The notes beneath the pieces are model-generated. The model made no database searches, was not told where the DNA came from, and saw only the letters and a program-made list of their open reading frames with translations. Below, one piece after another: positions 12,253-25,452 of a DNA stretch of 64,000 nt. Each line of letters starts with the position of its first letter. The stretch's first letter is position 1. The stretch lies in NCBI RefSeq assembly GCF_009914755.1, contig NC_060947.1. One strand, 5' to 3'. This stretch comes from the human T2T-CHM13v2.0 reference genome, Homo sapiens. Made by a program: the position numbers and the translations under genes.

Positions 12253-14789
12253 ACTTAACCATCACTGCTCCTGCAACTTCAGTCCAAGGTACCAGGTGGA
12301 ATAAAGTCTTCTTTTCTCCTCATTCTTGCTTCTGCCCTGCGGTCCTGAAACCATTGCAGACACAGAACTCTGACCATTCTAGCGGTGTTCTAATGACAAG
12401 AAGTCATGCATCATTTCAATTGCTGGAGCCTTAGCAATCATTGGATTATGAATAATTAGATTTCCACGAAGGTTCCCCATTAGGGTGAGTGAACATCTAC
12501 AGGGATGTCCTTTACAGCAGACCAGGGTTTGGGCACTTCTAGGGCAACACCTCAGAAACCCCCTGGCAGGGTAGAATTGAAAATAAGTGGTAGCAGGGAG
12601 TTAGGGAAGGGGTGGTAGAATGCAATGACAAAGCACTTCACCATGACCCCATAGGCTTGTCCTCATGGATTTATTTGCATAAGAGCCCTTCCTTTATCTG
12701 TAACACCATGACCCTACATTTGGAGGAATAAATTCTTTTTTCACTACCGTACATGTGAGACCTTTTTGCCTTTCTGAATGTCAGTTTCATCATTTGCACA
12801 GTCTAAATTACTGACTGAAAAAATTCACTTGCAAGCTGGTTGTTCAGAACTAGTAACAAACGCTGCCCCCCACTACCACCACCACCATGAAGACAGTGTT
12901 TTATTTAAATGGTTGTCAATCTCCTTAGACAAATTACTGGTTTATCAGATGCATCTGAACATTAGAAAATGTTGGAATTCAAACGTAGGAATCTCTTAAT
13001 TCAGGTCCTCAGTCCCCAACGTGCACTATTGCTAAAATTACCATTCTCTCTCACTCCAAGTCTCACTGTCTCAAAGTAGCCGAATGCATAAAGGGGTTCA
13101 GAGGAAAGCTATTTTCTTGGACTAATTCTCACTACAATGTGAGTGACTGGGAACCCCTTCATCCTTCATTCTCAGTGACTGGGAATCCCTTCATCCTCAC
13201 ATTTTTAAAAATAAATCTTAGAAACCCAATTGGATGCCTAATTGGTGGATCATGTATTTTAAAGTGAAGGCCAAAGTCAAGAGCAGTGAAGGGATGTTTT
13301 CTGGGAGTTTGTCTCCTGGGATCAACACTCCAAAGCACAGTTCTTAATTGTGAAAGCTTCACTTCGTCTTTCTACCAGCCCACACAGTTTCTAAAACAAA
13401 AGTATTTTTCAAACTAGCTCTTAAGGTCACCATATTGGGGCTTCCTGTGTGTGTTTTTGTGCATCTGAGGGGGTGTCGCAGACAAGAAAAGCAGCAGCTG
13501 TCCACAACCATGGGTCACTGATAAGTCCAGTGTCCATTAAGCCAGAGAATGTCCAAGAACAGAAGTATGCTCTATGCCAACTTCTCCCAGAACCTCCTAT
13601 AACAAGTGAGTGGCATTGTCTGCAAAGCAATCTGGCGTCTTGGGAAAAGGAAACCCTTATTTGAGGGAGTGGGCGGCTGGGGGTGGGAAGAATAGATTTT
13701 TCATTCCTCAAAACCACTCGCAGAACATAAAATTAGTCACAGCCCCTTTATACTAGGAACAGAAATCAAATTCACATGGTGCCTAATTTTGCCTAAAGAC
13801 ACATCTCTTTGTGCCACAGGGCTATGTCCAGAGGTCTGACAGATGAGACAGTCTTCATTCCCTTCCAACTGGGTGAGGATGTGCCTCCCAGAAAGAGCTG
13901 GGTGCCAAAGAGGGCGTTATCATCTCTTCCTTCATTCAGCAGCTTTGTCTGCAAGATTGGAAAACGGCTAGTTGGTATATTTCGAGGGATCAAATAATTA
14001 GTTCTCTTGGAATCTCATTTTAGATTTTAATTCTTAGTCTTAGAGCCAAACTATAGGAGCAGAAATTTCTATCTGCGGCTGGAGGGATTCAGTTTCGGCA
14101 CACTAAAAAAAGGCCCTGCTTCGGAGGCATTTTTCCATGCATGAATCAAATTATTCCAGCTGGGTTTTACCAACACGTAGGCAATCAAAACCTACTTTCA
14201 CTTGCTATTTTATTCTTTATTTACTAGTTCTATAAATACTATGATGGGTGTGCTTTTATATTGAGGATGGGGGTGGCAGGCAGAGAGAACAGCTGCCTGC
14301 AGCCTTCAGTCCCATGCAGACCTCAGGTTGGTGGGGAGACAGGCCTGCCTGCCTCCTGCCCACCCCAGTCTTTGGGCTTGTGAGTATAGCCACCAGTCTT
14401 TCATTTGTCATACCTGTGCAGGGCACCTTTGCCACCCTCCTTTCCTTCCTAGGTTGAGAAGGCCAACCTGGTTTTTCAGAACGGGTACCCAAGTCTGCCA
14501 AGGAAACAAAAATAAAATACTCTTAAAATCCAGGGAAGAGGCAGACAAATACAAACTACAGACAATTCTGGCCAAGGCTGGTACATCTGGAAGTGGCATC
14601 TGGAGCAAGAAAGGGAACTTAAGATGAGGGGTTGGCCTTGGTGGCCTCCAGCTCTGATAGCTGATGATTTGATGAATTATACTTGCGCTCCAGGCCCCAG
14701 TGGATAAACCAGGATTAAGGGGTGAAGTGCCCAGGGAGGCAGATTCTGACTCAGCATCAGGACGAATTTGATAAAGATTAGAGTTGTCT

Positions 14790-14950
14790 AAAAATGAATT
14801 GGGCTGCCTTGGGGGTAGCAAGTGCCCTGTTTCTGCATTTTTTCAAGCATGGGATAACCCTGAGGAGCAGCCACAGAGAAGGGACTCAAAGCTCTAAGGA
14901 AGTTGATTTGGTGACAGTTAATGTCCTCTCCAACTCAGGAATCCCACAAC
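14790..14950 (+). mobile_element. CR1/L3 LINE 3' end
   Basis: gggctgccttgggggtagcaagtgccctgt...ttcaagcat...aatgtcctctccaactcaggaatc. Confidence 0.6.
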
Positions 14951-15754
14951 CTCCGCTCCAGGGACTCTGAACTTCCAAAGGAAGTGGATGTGCCCCTCGG
15001 GCTCTCTGCCACCTTTCCTAAATAGGCATAGCTCCTTCTGCCTATGGGGACCAGAGATCCTCCAATTTGGGCCAGCACAGGGGCACATAAGCAAAGGGAG
15101 TCCACAAAGTCATCATTAGGGAGAATATAAGTGTCAGAGGGCAGAAAAGTGTTCCCCTAAAGGTTTAAAATGTGGAAGGCCAGGATATGCAAGCAGGCTC
15201 AAAGCTAGGTGGGGAAGGAGGGGACATCCAAGACACAGGCTCTCTCAGCGTCTGGGAAGTTGCCATAGAACAATCAGAGCTTCAGCATGCAAGATATCTT
15301 CTTGTTCCCCACTCCTCTTCTCAGAGATTCATTTGCAAGCCACCAGAGTTCTGCGGGGGCTCTTGCCATGTAGCAGTTGTTCTTATTTTGCCAGGACAGA
15401 GCTCTTAAGCCAGCAAGGACCTGCAGGTGGGACTCAAGCCACAGGAGCTGCAGGGCCAGTGATGACGTTCCTGCTCAGTGCCGGGGCAGGGAATGCCCAC
15501 TTCCCTCCATCATCAGCTTTCCCATGTGAGCCATAGCCAGCCTCCAACCTCAGCCCTCTTCTGACAGACTGGGGCTGCCCACAGCTCTGTCAACCCCTAA
15601 AGGGCCTTGGGCTTCTGCCTGTCCTTCCAGGCCACCAGTGGCACACACCTGACTGAGACATGGAAGTGGGCCTCAGCATGGCCTGATGGCACTGTGGCCC
15701 AGCCATCCTGAATACTCACCTGATGAAGGAGGCAGGAATTCAAGATGGCTGATG

Positions 15755-16652
15755 TGCTGGGTTGAATAATGTCCCCCTCCCAAATCCATATTCACCCAGA
15801 ACCTCAAAATGTGGTCTTGTTTGGAAATGGGTGCAAAGGTCCTTTCCCACTGGCGTAAGTCCAGTGAGACAGAACACTCACATAAGTCGAGCAAAGCAGG
15901 TTTATTACTCACAGAGTAATAGGCAGAAATAAAAAAGAGAAGCCTAGGACCCACAGTAAGCCAGTCCCCCAAGGCTCAGGAAAGCTGCTCAGGGTGGATG
16001 GAGTCTCTTCTGCATGTGCCCCATGTCACGTTGCAGCTGAGGGGCCCTAAAAACACTCGGTCCTGGATTTTATACCTGAACATCACTGGAATTGCTGAGA
16101 ATAAGCATTACAGGAGAGCCTGTTCTAGAAGGACTGAGGACAGAGCCCAGGCTGTTCCAGACAGTTCTTTCTTATCAGAAGACATTGCATTCTTGGCATA
16201 TTCTCCAATTATTCTGAGAACTATAAGCTGCTGGGTGGAGGGGAGTTAGGTCAGCCAAGGCCACCTGGGGACCTGTCCTCCTGCAATAGGGTCTTTGTAG
16301 ATGCAATCAAGTTAAGATGAAGTGGACCCTAAATCCAATGACGGGTGTCCTTATAAGAAGAGAGAAGTTTGGACACAGACACACATAGAGGGAAGATCAC
16401 CATGTGAAGATGGAATCTCAGATTGGAGTGATGCGTCTGTAAGCCAAGGAGTGCCATGGGTTGCCAGCAACCACCAGAAGCTGGAAGAGTTAAGGAAGGA
16501 TCCTCCCCTAGAGTCTTCAGAGAGAGGATGGCCCTGCTGGCACTTGGATTTTGAATTTCTGGTCTCCCGATTTGGGAGAGCATCAATCTCTGTGGTTCTA
16601 AGCCATCCAGTTTGTGATATTTTGTTACAGCAGCCCCAGGAAACTAATTCAG
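15755..16652 (+). mobile_element. MLT1B/C solo LTR interrupted by another LTR
   Basis: tgctgggttgaataatgtcccc...ttggaaat [insert] agggtctttgtagatg...gcagccccaggaaactaattca. Confidence 0.9.
15832..16285 (-). mobile_element. ERVL-class solo LTR (MER54/MER74-like) nested in MLT1B/C
   Basis: TG...CA termini, 5-bp TSD atggg/atagg, minus-strand AATAAA (tttatt at 15901). Confidence 0.75.
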
Positions 16653-16994
16653 CCTGCTTGGCTGCCTGCCCCACCCATCCCTAGCTCCAGTGGATTCTGG
16701 CTGGGCCTTGGGGCCTCTTGACTGATCTGGATTTCAGTGCATTAGACAAGGGGAACAGGCAGCTTTGCCTCATGGGCGTAGCCCCACAGAACTGGAATGA
16801 CTGGAACCAAAACCACAAATCTTCTTCCCCCTTTAGTTCTCAAAGGGCCACCATCTCCACCCCCAAGCCCACCTCAACCCTCCAGCCCCTTGGTACAGCC
16901 CTGCCATCTGGACCATGACTGTCTTGAAGGTGTCACTCTTGGAAAAAGTCAACAATCTCACATCTAAGGGCACTATTCCCACTAAAGATCTAGG

Positions 16995-17340
16995 GGAGCA
17001 GGTACAAACCAAGGGTCCCACAGTCTGTGTCTGGCCTCTCCAGCACGGTTTAAAAAAATGCAAATTGGTAGCCAATGTTTAAAAATAGAAAGATTTTATA
17101 CTAAACATTTTGTCCATTTCTTCTTCAAAATTAGAAAATCTGTCCTCACCTACTAAAGCCGAGAAGCGGATGGCTCCCTTTTGGGTCTGGACATCCCCAC
17201 TTAGCTTTCCACAACCCCAGTGCTCCCTATAACTCACTTCCAGTGAGGCCAGCTATCAGTTGCCATAAATCATTTTTTTTCATTTTGTGGGTCTGGTATG
17301 GTGCTATTAAGAGGAGAATGAAATATTTCCTATACCCATG
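16995..17340. mobile_element. MER102-like hAT-Charlie element
   Basis: aattggtagccaatgtttaaaaatagaaagatttta...aaaattagaaaatctg. Confidence 0.55.
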
Positions 17341-19299
17341 TCTCTATCAAAGGTGCAGAAAAGAAAGGGCTGTGTCTTTAAAGGAAAATGGTAGTGAACA
17401 TATATCTTGGTGGAATTGGAGACTCTTCTTATGTCATTACTATGCAAAGCATTTCCCCACAGAACACAACAAAGCCAAGGATGCCATTCTGGAATGAAAA
17501 AAGAAGGAAAAACCAGCCTGCTCATTCCCTTACATCCCTGTCCCATCCCTGTAGGAGGCTGACTTTGCAACTCATGCCGAAAAGACTAAAGGTTCTCGAA
17601 TTTTCTCTTTCCAAGCTTCCCGACAACATGGCCCTAACCAGGGTTCTCTCTGATCTCTCTCCAGTCTCCCCCGAATTCAACGGGACTTTTCAGAGGAAAC
17701 GTGATAAAGTTTGCAAAGTGCCACTTCCGCTTTTGAACAGCTTTTATGGTCTCTGCTGCCTACATAAAGCCCCGCCCCCTTATCCACCAACTCCTCCCTC
17801 CCATGCAGCCTCATTCTCCACTCCCCACCCCCAGTTAACTCCTCGACCCACCCTGCTTAGCCTGGCTCAGCCATATCTAACTGAGCAGACGCTACTGACA
17901 CCAACAGAGTGTTTACCTCTTTGTGCCTTTGAGCTAGCTTTTCCTTCCATCTCAAATGCCTTTCTTTATGAAATTGAGGTCTTGCTGGCCTCATTATCTC
18001 ACCCAGCTCAGGAGCTTGAGGATGTCATGGCAGACTCCCAGAAGTCAAATTTTCATGCAGGCCTCTAGATTCCTGGAAAGATGACTTCAAAACCTTAGAG
18101 TGTTTAATCGTGCCATCTTAGGGGATTTACTGTGCTTCTCTAATAATAGATGATGGCCGGAACTTGGCCTAGCCTCTGGGAGCAGAGCAAAGACTCCCAG
18201 GAGGCAGGGTTCTCCCCTCACCCACATAAGAAGGGTAGCTGAAGAGGGAGAGTTCTGGCAAATCCTGTGTTTGAACCTAGCACTGGGGATGTCAGTTCTG
18301 GACACCAGTCCCCAGAAAACTCAGTCTAAGTGATACTGTTTGGGAGTCTGAGAGTTTTGTAATCATTCTGAAATCAAACAACATAATTTCAGTGGTAATT
18401 ACTTGAGGAGGACAAAATCATTGAACCTCAGAGGCAATAAAACCTCAGTGACCTGGAAACACAAAGACAGCTGTGGGCATCATGACAGCCTGGAGCTTGG
18501 GGGTGAGGATGAAGAGTGGACTGGGGCAAAGATAGCAACTGCAGGAACTTACTGGCAAAGAGAGGAGTCTGAGTGCCCCTGGAATTGTCACCTAAGCTCC
18601 TAACACTCCCCTTCCTATCATCTAGCCTCCATCTGCTAACAAACTCCTACTCACCAGCTATGCCCCAGGTGGAATATTTGCTCCTCTGGGAAAGTTGCCC
18701 AGATCAGTTTTCCTTTTCCTGTCCTCCAACTTGACGGCTTTCGTAATACCTTTGCTGCCTGAAGCTCAGTACAGTAGGCACCCCATCAAACAGTCCTTCC
18801 TCCTCCGTCCCCTTGCCACCACAAATTACCCACAGGCTTCACTTCCCTAATGGTGCACTCATATTTCTTGTTTTCTGTGGCAGCCCTTTGATAAAAAGCC
18901 AGTTCTCCCTCTTAGCTATTCTCTGCTTTGGACTAGGTACTTTGGACTTTCTGGAACAAACTTGCTTCAGCCGAGGCACAGACTCAATTCCCCTTTGCTC
19001 CATGCTCTGTAGCTGTGTGCCGACTCAGCTACTCCCGCACACAGCCCTGGCTTCCAGAACTGCAGCCTGGGCCCAGTTCCAAGGGCCTTGGTTGCACAGT
19101 GTGGGATAGTAGAGATCTCAGCAATCAGGGCCATTCCCACCTGCATGTTCCTGCTGCTCATTCATCCTGCATCTCATTTCTAGTACCTCCTTGTATCTTT
19201 GTCTTTCTTGCCAACCTGTGCTTCTCAGAGGCCGAGACTCTGTTTTATCTTTCTATGTCTCTTCAAAACTTCATATGAGGCCTGACATCTAACAAATTA

Positions 19300-19740
19300 T
19301 GATAGGTAATATTGTTTGTCCATCATTCTTTACTCCTTGTCCCTGACACTTTTTACTGTGGACAAAGTATATTTCCCCATCCTCTGACTCTGAGCTTGGT
19401 CATGGAAATTGCTTTGGCCAGTGGAATGTGGGTGAAACTGATAGTGTGTCAGCTACAAGTTAAAGCTTTAAGCTTCTGCCAGCCCTCTTGAAGCTTCTGT
19501 CCTCTGTTATGAAATAAGCATGCTCCAGGTAGCCATTGCTATTTCAGCCAGGGTCTCAGAATAAATCTATGTGGAGCAAGTATGAATCCAAACTGAAGTC
19601 TGGATTCAAATCTAGCATGGCTTGAACTGTAGCCAACCTCCACATTTGTGAGTATGAAATAAATGTTTGCAGTCGTAAGTCACTGACATTTGGGAGTTGT
19701 TTGTTACACAGCATGATTACAGGAAAAACTAATTAATACA
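19300..19740 (+). mobile_element. MLT1 (I/J-like) solo LTR
   Basis: gagcttggtcatggaaattgctttggccagtggaatgtggg...aataaatg...gttgtttgttacacagca...ctaattaataca. Confidence 0.8.
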
Positions 19741-19850
19741 CAGTCCCTAAGGAACACTTCTGAGGGATAAACCAGTGGGGAACAAATAAGTGAAAGTAAA
19801 ACTTACTCTCAAGAGACTCAGCTTAGCTCCAAATATAATTCACAGTAAAT

Positions 19851-20043
19851 CAGTGGTTCTCAAAATGTGTACCCCAGCCCAGCAGCATCCATGTCACCTG
19901 GGGATTTTTAAGAAATGCAAATTCTGGGGCCTCTCCCCACACCTACTGAATCAGAAACTCTAGAGGTGGGGCCCAACAACCTGTATTTCTATAAGCGCTA
20001 GAGGTGATTCTAATAATCCACCCTTAAGTTTGAGAACCTCTGC
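19851..20043 (+). mobile_element. MER5A DNA transposon
   Basis: cagtggttctcaaaatgtg...cctactgaatcagaaactctagaggtggggccc...aagtttgagaacctctg; terminal inverted repeats present. Confidence 0.9.
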
Positions 20044-20228
20044 AGTTACTGCTGAACTAGAACAGCTTCCTTCAGTCTAGGAATCATTCATTTCCTGAAA
20101 TGCAGACATTCCAGAATTTTAAATGATAAAGCCCAATTAACCTAATGCCTTGACCATCTCCAATATCATCATCCCATTTAATCAAAGGTGACCTGAGACA
20201 TTCCATCCAGGTACAGAACTTCCTAGTC

Positions 20229-20403
20229 CAGTGGCTCTCAACTTCAGCAGCATAATAGAATATCTTAGAAACTTTCAAAAATCCTTATGCTCAGGTCACA
20301 CCCACACCAATTAAAACAGAATCTCTTGGGATGACACCCAAAATTCAGAATTGTTTAAAGCTTTCCCAGGTGATTCCAATGTGCAGGCAAGGTTGAGAAT
20401 GGC
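20229..20403 (+). mobile_element. MER5-family DNA transposon
   Basis: cagtggctctcaac...aaagctttcccaggtgattccaatgtgcaggcaaggttgagaa. Confidence 0.8.
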
Positions 20404-20627
20404 CTTTCCATTTTCAAGGGACCGGGGCTGGCTCTGCAGCTGCCTGCTCTCATTTTCCACCATGCAAAGCATGGTGCATGGCCCTCCTTCCCCAGGTCTT
20501 CAGAACCTGAAGGCTTATTAGATATCCTATGACTTGGTGCATTTGCAGCAAGTTTAAGAGACTGAGTCTGACCAGGGAGGGCTTGGGGAAGCACAGAACA
20601 CTGGCTATAAAGACATGGAGTAACTTC

Positions 20628-20720
20628 AGTTAGTCATTCATTCTTCCAACATATCCAGAGTACCTTCCACATGCCAGGCAGTATGCTAAGCACTTGCAAG
20701 TCTTAACAGCTGCAAAACTA
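20628..20720 (-). mobile_element. L2 3' end
   Basis: tcattcattcttccaacatatccagagtaccttccacatgccaggcagtatgctaagcact. Confidence 0.65.
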
Positions 20721-21052
20721 AGCCAAGCAGGCTTGGAAGGTGAGGGCCTGTGTCTGCACAGAGGACCCCACGGGAGCTTGAGCACTGAAGCATCACTTAC
20801 AGCAGTGGGTTCCCAGCCAGGAGGCAAGTGCCCAGGCCCCAGTCTGGAGGCCAAATGGCTGGCCACCCTCCATCTCAAGGGAGCTAGTCTGGGAAGCTTA
20901 ATTTCACCCCTACCCTCCACTCCTCTCCAGCATAAGCTACAGGGAGCAAGGGCCTTTCTCTCTGGAAGGGCTCCCCATTGCCTTTCCCTCAGCTCTTCAA
21001 AATTCACGATAAACCTTCTCCTCACCCCCTGAAGACCCCTTTCTTGGTGAGC

Positions 21053-21730
21053 CATCTTAGGCACCGTTCCCCAGAAGCAGACCTTGAGCTGTAGATTCTG
21101 ATGTGAGTGATTTCTGATGGAAGTGCTCCCAGGGGAAACTGGTAAGGGAGTGAAAGAAGCAGGACAAGTGAGCGGATTAAGCCAATTGAGTGTGCAATGT
21201 TGGGACCACTTCCACAGAGGGGAGCTCCAGCCTGAGCCTACTAGATAGACCCAAGGCAAGAAAGCTGGCCTTTCCTACACCTGTGCCCAACAATCATTGG
21301 TGCTCAGCAAGGGACCATCCTGTGGCCAGGTGAAGGAGGCAAACTCCTATGCATGTCATCTCTCTATGTCTTCAGGCAAAGTGGCTTTGGCAGCCTAAGA
21401 GCAGGCATGCAAAAGGAGGACCACAGGTACAGTCCCTTGGAAGCAAAACCACCTCAAAGCTACAGGGAGGGGCATGCAGAAATGGTAGCAAGGATCAAAG
21501 GAGGGGTTACCAAATTTAGCAAATAAAAATCCAGGATGGGTAGTTTACATTTGATTTCAGGTAAATGACAAATCTTTTTTTTTTTTATAAGTATACCCCA
21601 TGTGCTATTTGGGATATACTTATACTAAAAATATTATTTATCTGAAATTCCCTGTAACTGGCCATCCTGTATTTTACCTGGCACCCCTAGTCTGAAGGCA
21701 TCTGGTGGAGCTCTGACCATGTTTGCCTGC
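21053..21730 (-). mobile_element. ERVL solo LTR, LTR16 family, interrupted by MER53
   Basis: tcttaggcaccgttccccagaagcagaccttgag...gaagtgctcccagggg. Confidence 0.7.
21502..21689. mobile_element. MER53 palindromic hAT MITE
   Basis: ggggttaccaaatttagcaaataaaaatccagga...ataagtatacccca/ttgggatatacttat...atcctgtattttacctggcacccta. Confidence 0.9.
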
Positions 21731-22861
21731 TCAGAGAAGAAACAGAGTGGGCCACTTTTGCTGTTCACAGAGGTGCAAGACACAGGCGTGATAATGTAGG
21801 CCTTTGCTGCTCCTCATTTCCTGATTATGCTGCTGCACATAGTGCTCTGTGGATCCATTAGTATTGCCCTGGGCCAATGCTCACAGCATTTGGAGTTTTT
21901 GACCACTGTGTCTTAGCTAGGGTCAAAGTTCTACACTGCGAAGTAGTGGGGAAACCAGTATTAAGTGTCTCATTAGCCCCTTTGGTACTTCCTCTGCATT
22001 AGATAGAGCTGTAAGGCTAACCCAGCACCACCCAATCCCAAAACCAGGGATGAAACGATGCCCAGATGCCAAGTGTGCCTGCCCTGCCTCGAAGACCAAG
22101 GTGCTAATGCCCTTCTGACAGCCTCAAGCCCTCAGCTGGCCTGTCACTTGGTCAGCCTGACCCTTTCATGAGGTAATTTTGCATCCTTTCACCAGTCTTT
22201 AAATAATGAAAAGAAGACTCACATAGTCCTGGAAGTTGTCCCGATGGCTGGCAGGACCTGAAAATAGGCTGGGATTGATTGATTGTGGTTATAACCAGCA
22301 GGCCCCCCCGTGGGCACCCCCGGCCCATGCATAATATGAAATATACAAACAGCAGACAGGGAACAAAGCCAAGACTATGGCTCTTTACTTTGATTTGCGA
22401 TCAGCTCCTTTGAAATCCCATGTATTTAGAAGACTCTGAGAGTGAATATGATCCTGCTTCATAGCCCTGGTCTCTCCTAGGATCCTGAGACCTTTGGGGC
22501 TGAGAACGTAGATACAAAGTGTGTGCAATGTTTGAGGCTTTTGGTAGGGGCAAAGCAGAGTAAAGGGAGGAGAAGGCGGTGGACAATTCAATGCTTTCGT
22601 GAAATTAAAGTGTGGATAAGTGTGGTGATCACATTCCAGGCGGTCTCACTCATAATCATTTCTTAAATGAATTAAGACATGGGTGGAAATAAACAAAAAT
22701 GCCTCTTGAATTGCTTTAAATGCTCTTAAAGGCTTGAGGTATTTTTAAAAGGTACTTCCATGTACAAACTTTAGGTATTTCATTTCAAAAGTATAAACAC
22801 TTGAAAATCACAGGATTAACTAACTGGGTCCTCAAATTAATTGGAAAGAAACATAAGCCAT

Positions 22862-23075
22862 TGTCTTAGGCTGAGTTCTCCCCAGAAGCAGACCCTGAGA
22901 CAAGAATTTGAGTGTAAATGATGTATTTAGGGGGATATCCCAGAAAGCACTTGTAGGGTAGTGGAGAAATAAGACAGGGAAGGAAAGATGGGCAATAAAC
23001 CATGCATTGTTGAGCAATGGTGCACAGCCAGAGCTTAACCCCATTCAGAAACAGTGTAGAAGAGTTCTCTTCTAA
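22862..23075 (-). mobile_element. ERVL LTR fragment, LTR16 family
   Basis: tgtcttaggctgagttctccccagaagcagaccctgagacaagaatttgagtgtaaatg. Confidence 0.8.
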
Positions 23076-23089
23076 CTATCTATGCCAAA

Positions 23090-23615
23090 GGATTCATTTT
23101 TTTTTTAATTTCTAAGATATTTTAGACTGATACTTTTTTTCTCCTCCTGATACTTTAAAATATATAATAAAAATGAATTCCTAGAAAAATAAAAAACAAG
23201 ACATACAAAATACAAGCCCCAATTTTTTTATTATTGGGTTCAAAAGATATGAAGCTCCCAAATGCTGACTCTCAAGTTCTTTTTTTTTTTTCTTTTTGAG
23301 ATGGAGTCTCCCTCTGTCGCCCAGGCTGGCAGGCAGTTGCGCCATCACTGCAACCTCCACCTACCGAGTTCAAGTGATTCTCCAGCCTTACCCTTTGGAG
23401 TAGCTGGGACTACAGGTGCATGCCACCACACCCAGCTAATTGTTGTATTTTTTAGTAGAGATGGGGTTTCACAATGTTGGCCAGACTGGTCTTGAACTCC
23501 TGACCTCAGGTGATCTGCCCGCCTTGGCCTCCCAAACTGCTCAATTTCTATACTTATTGCAAGCCAGTAATAAACAGTTCCCAGACTGGCACCAGTCCAG
23601 GGATCACACTTTGAA
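23090..23615 (-). mobile_element. Charlie1-family hAT DNA transposon interrupted by an Alu
   Basis: ctcaatttctatacttat...aaacagttcccagactggcaccagtccagggatcacactttga resembles the Charlie1 terminus. Confidence 0.65.
23280..23541 (-). mobile_element. Alu (AluS-type), slightly 5'-truncated
   Basis: poly-T, gagatggagtctccctctgtcgcccaggctgg...ctcctgacctcaggtgatctgcccgccttggcctcccaaa; TSD-like ctcaagttct/ctcaatttct. Confidence 0.97.
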
Positions 23616-24264
23616 CATGTATGTCAGAGTTAGGGGAGAGGGAGCTGAAGTATTTATGTGCCAATGCATGGGTTGAGGCTTGCTTTCAGGGAGAATTGGC
23701 TGGGGGAAGAAGGGTCAGGAGGAGAGGGCTGGCGCTACTCTCTTACTGTGTGCAGGCACTATAGAAGTCCTTGGACAAGGAAATGCAGCGGTGCTGGCAG
23801 TGGAAAGTGCAGCGGCACACTACAGTTATAAGGGCTAAAGCCCTATGGGTGGGGCAGCCACAGCATCCTGGATTCATATTGCAAAAAGGGACCACAAAAG
23901 TTATCAGCCAGCCTCTTCTACAAGAGATGGAGAAACTGGTCCCTGAGCAAGTCATTACCTCACCATAGCACTCAAAGGTTATTGAGTAACACCGCTACAG
24001 GCACTAGGGCAGAGGGAAGGGCTCTTTCCCCAATTGCCTCTGTCTTGCCGACCTTGGCTTTCTTCTAGACATCTGCTTGCCTAGTTCCTGGCACCAGAGG
24101 GACAACCGCCAACTGGGAGACAGGTGGTGTCATCACAGCAAGGCCAGCCCCCCGCAGGTGGGAGGCCTAGCTAAGCTCTCATCTGCCTGTTCATCTGCTG
24201 GGGAGAGGAGGAAAGGTCTGTGGATTTACTGCAAAGCCGGGGCTATAACACAGATCTCTTGGCT

Positions 24265-24400
24265 CAAACCTACAGTGTGACCCTCTGCAGCTCTGTTTCC
24301 TCATCCATAAAATGGAGATGCTAACCTGTGCCCTGTTTCTCTCACAAGACTGTTGTAAGGATCAAGTGAGATGAAAGCAGGGAAAAAGTTTTTGAGAAGT
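24265..24400 (+). mobile_element. MIR fragment
   Basis: ctctgtttcctcatccataaaatggagatg...gttgtaaggatcaagtgagatga. Confidence 0.7.
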
Positions 24401-24811
24401 TACAAGTCCTCTACGGCTGTCAACTCAGAGAGGCACTAATTATTCAGAGATGAGTTGTCTGGCACCCTCAGATCTCAGAACACAGACCCCCAACTCAATA
24501 GTGGCTTTAAAGGGTCTCATGAAATTCAATGCAAGACTTTGGTTTGGATTCAGGATCAAAAACCTAATACTCTAAAACACATTATTGGGGAAATTGGCAA
24601 TATTTGAAAAAAGTCTGTGTAGCAGATATTAATATTTTATCTGTCAAATTTGGTGAATTTTATCATTGCACTCTAGTTACACAGAAGAATGTCCATGTTC
24701 CTAAGAGGTACATGCAGAAGTATTTAGGATTAAAATGTTATGATGTCTGCAACTTACTGTCAAATGGTTCAACCATACAACTATAACAATGATAATAATA
24801 GCAACAATAAT

Positions 24812-24814
<3 letters not shown>

Positions 24815-24853
<39 letters not shown>
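24815..24853 (+). repeat. (AC)19 perfect microsatellite
   Basis: uninterrupted AC run of 39 bp. Confidence 0.98.
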
Positions 24854-24856
<3 letters not shown>

Positions 24857-24893
24857 GAAAATGTAGTAAAATGTTAAGATATGCTGAATCTTA

Positions 24894-25269
<376 letters not shown>

Positions 25270-25452
25270 TTAATGAAGTAAAAAGGTTTTGAAAATATCA
25301 GTCAATTATCACTCTCCTCAAAAAAAGTCTCTGAGCCTCTGAGCCACTCTAGACCCTGTACTAATACTGGAAACAGTACTTCCTAGTCCTTCATTCAGAG
25401 CTTACTCACTTATATTTGACACTAATTTCTTCTTGGGGGGTTATCTTATTTT

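Noticed and set aside
17388-18068. Longest ORF (226 aa, + strand)
   Set aside because: No recognisable domain, Pro/Leu/Ser-biased composition, partly overlaps L2-like sequence; consistent with a chance ORF
20630-21259. 209-aa ORF on - strand
   Set aside because: Begins in an LTR16-type LTR and ends in an L2 tail; no protein-like features
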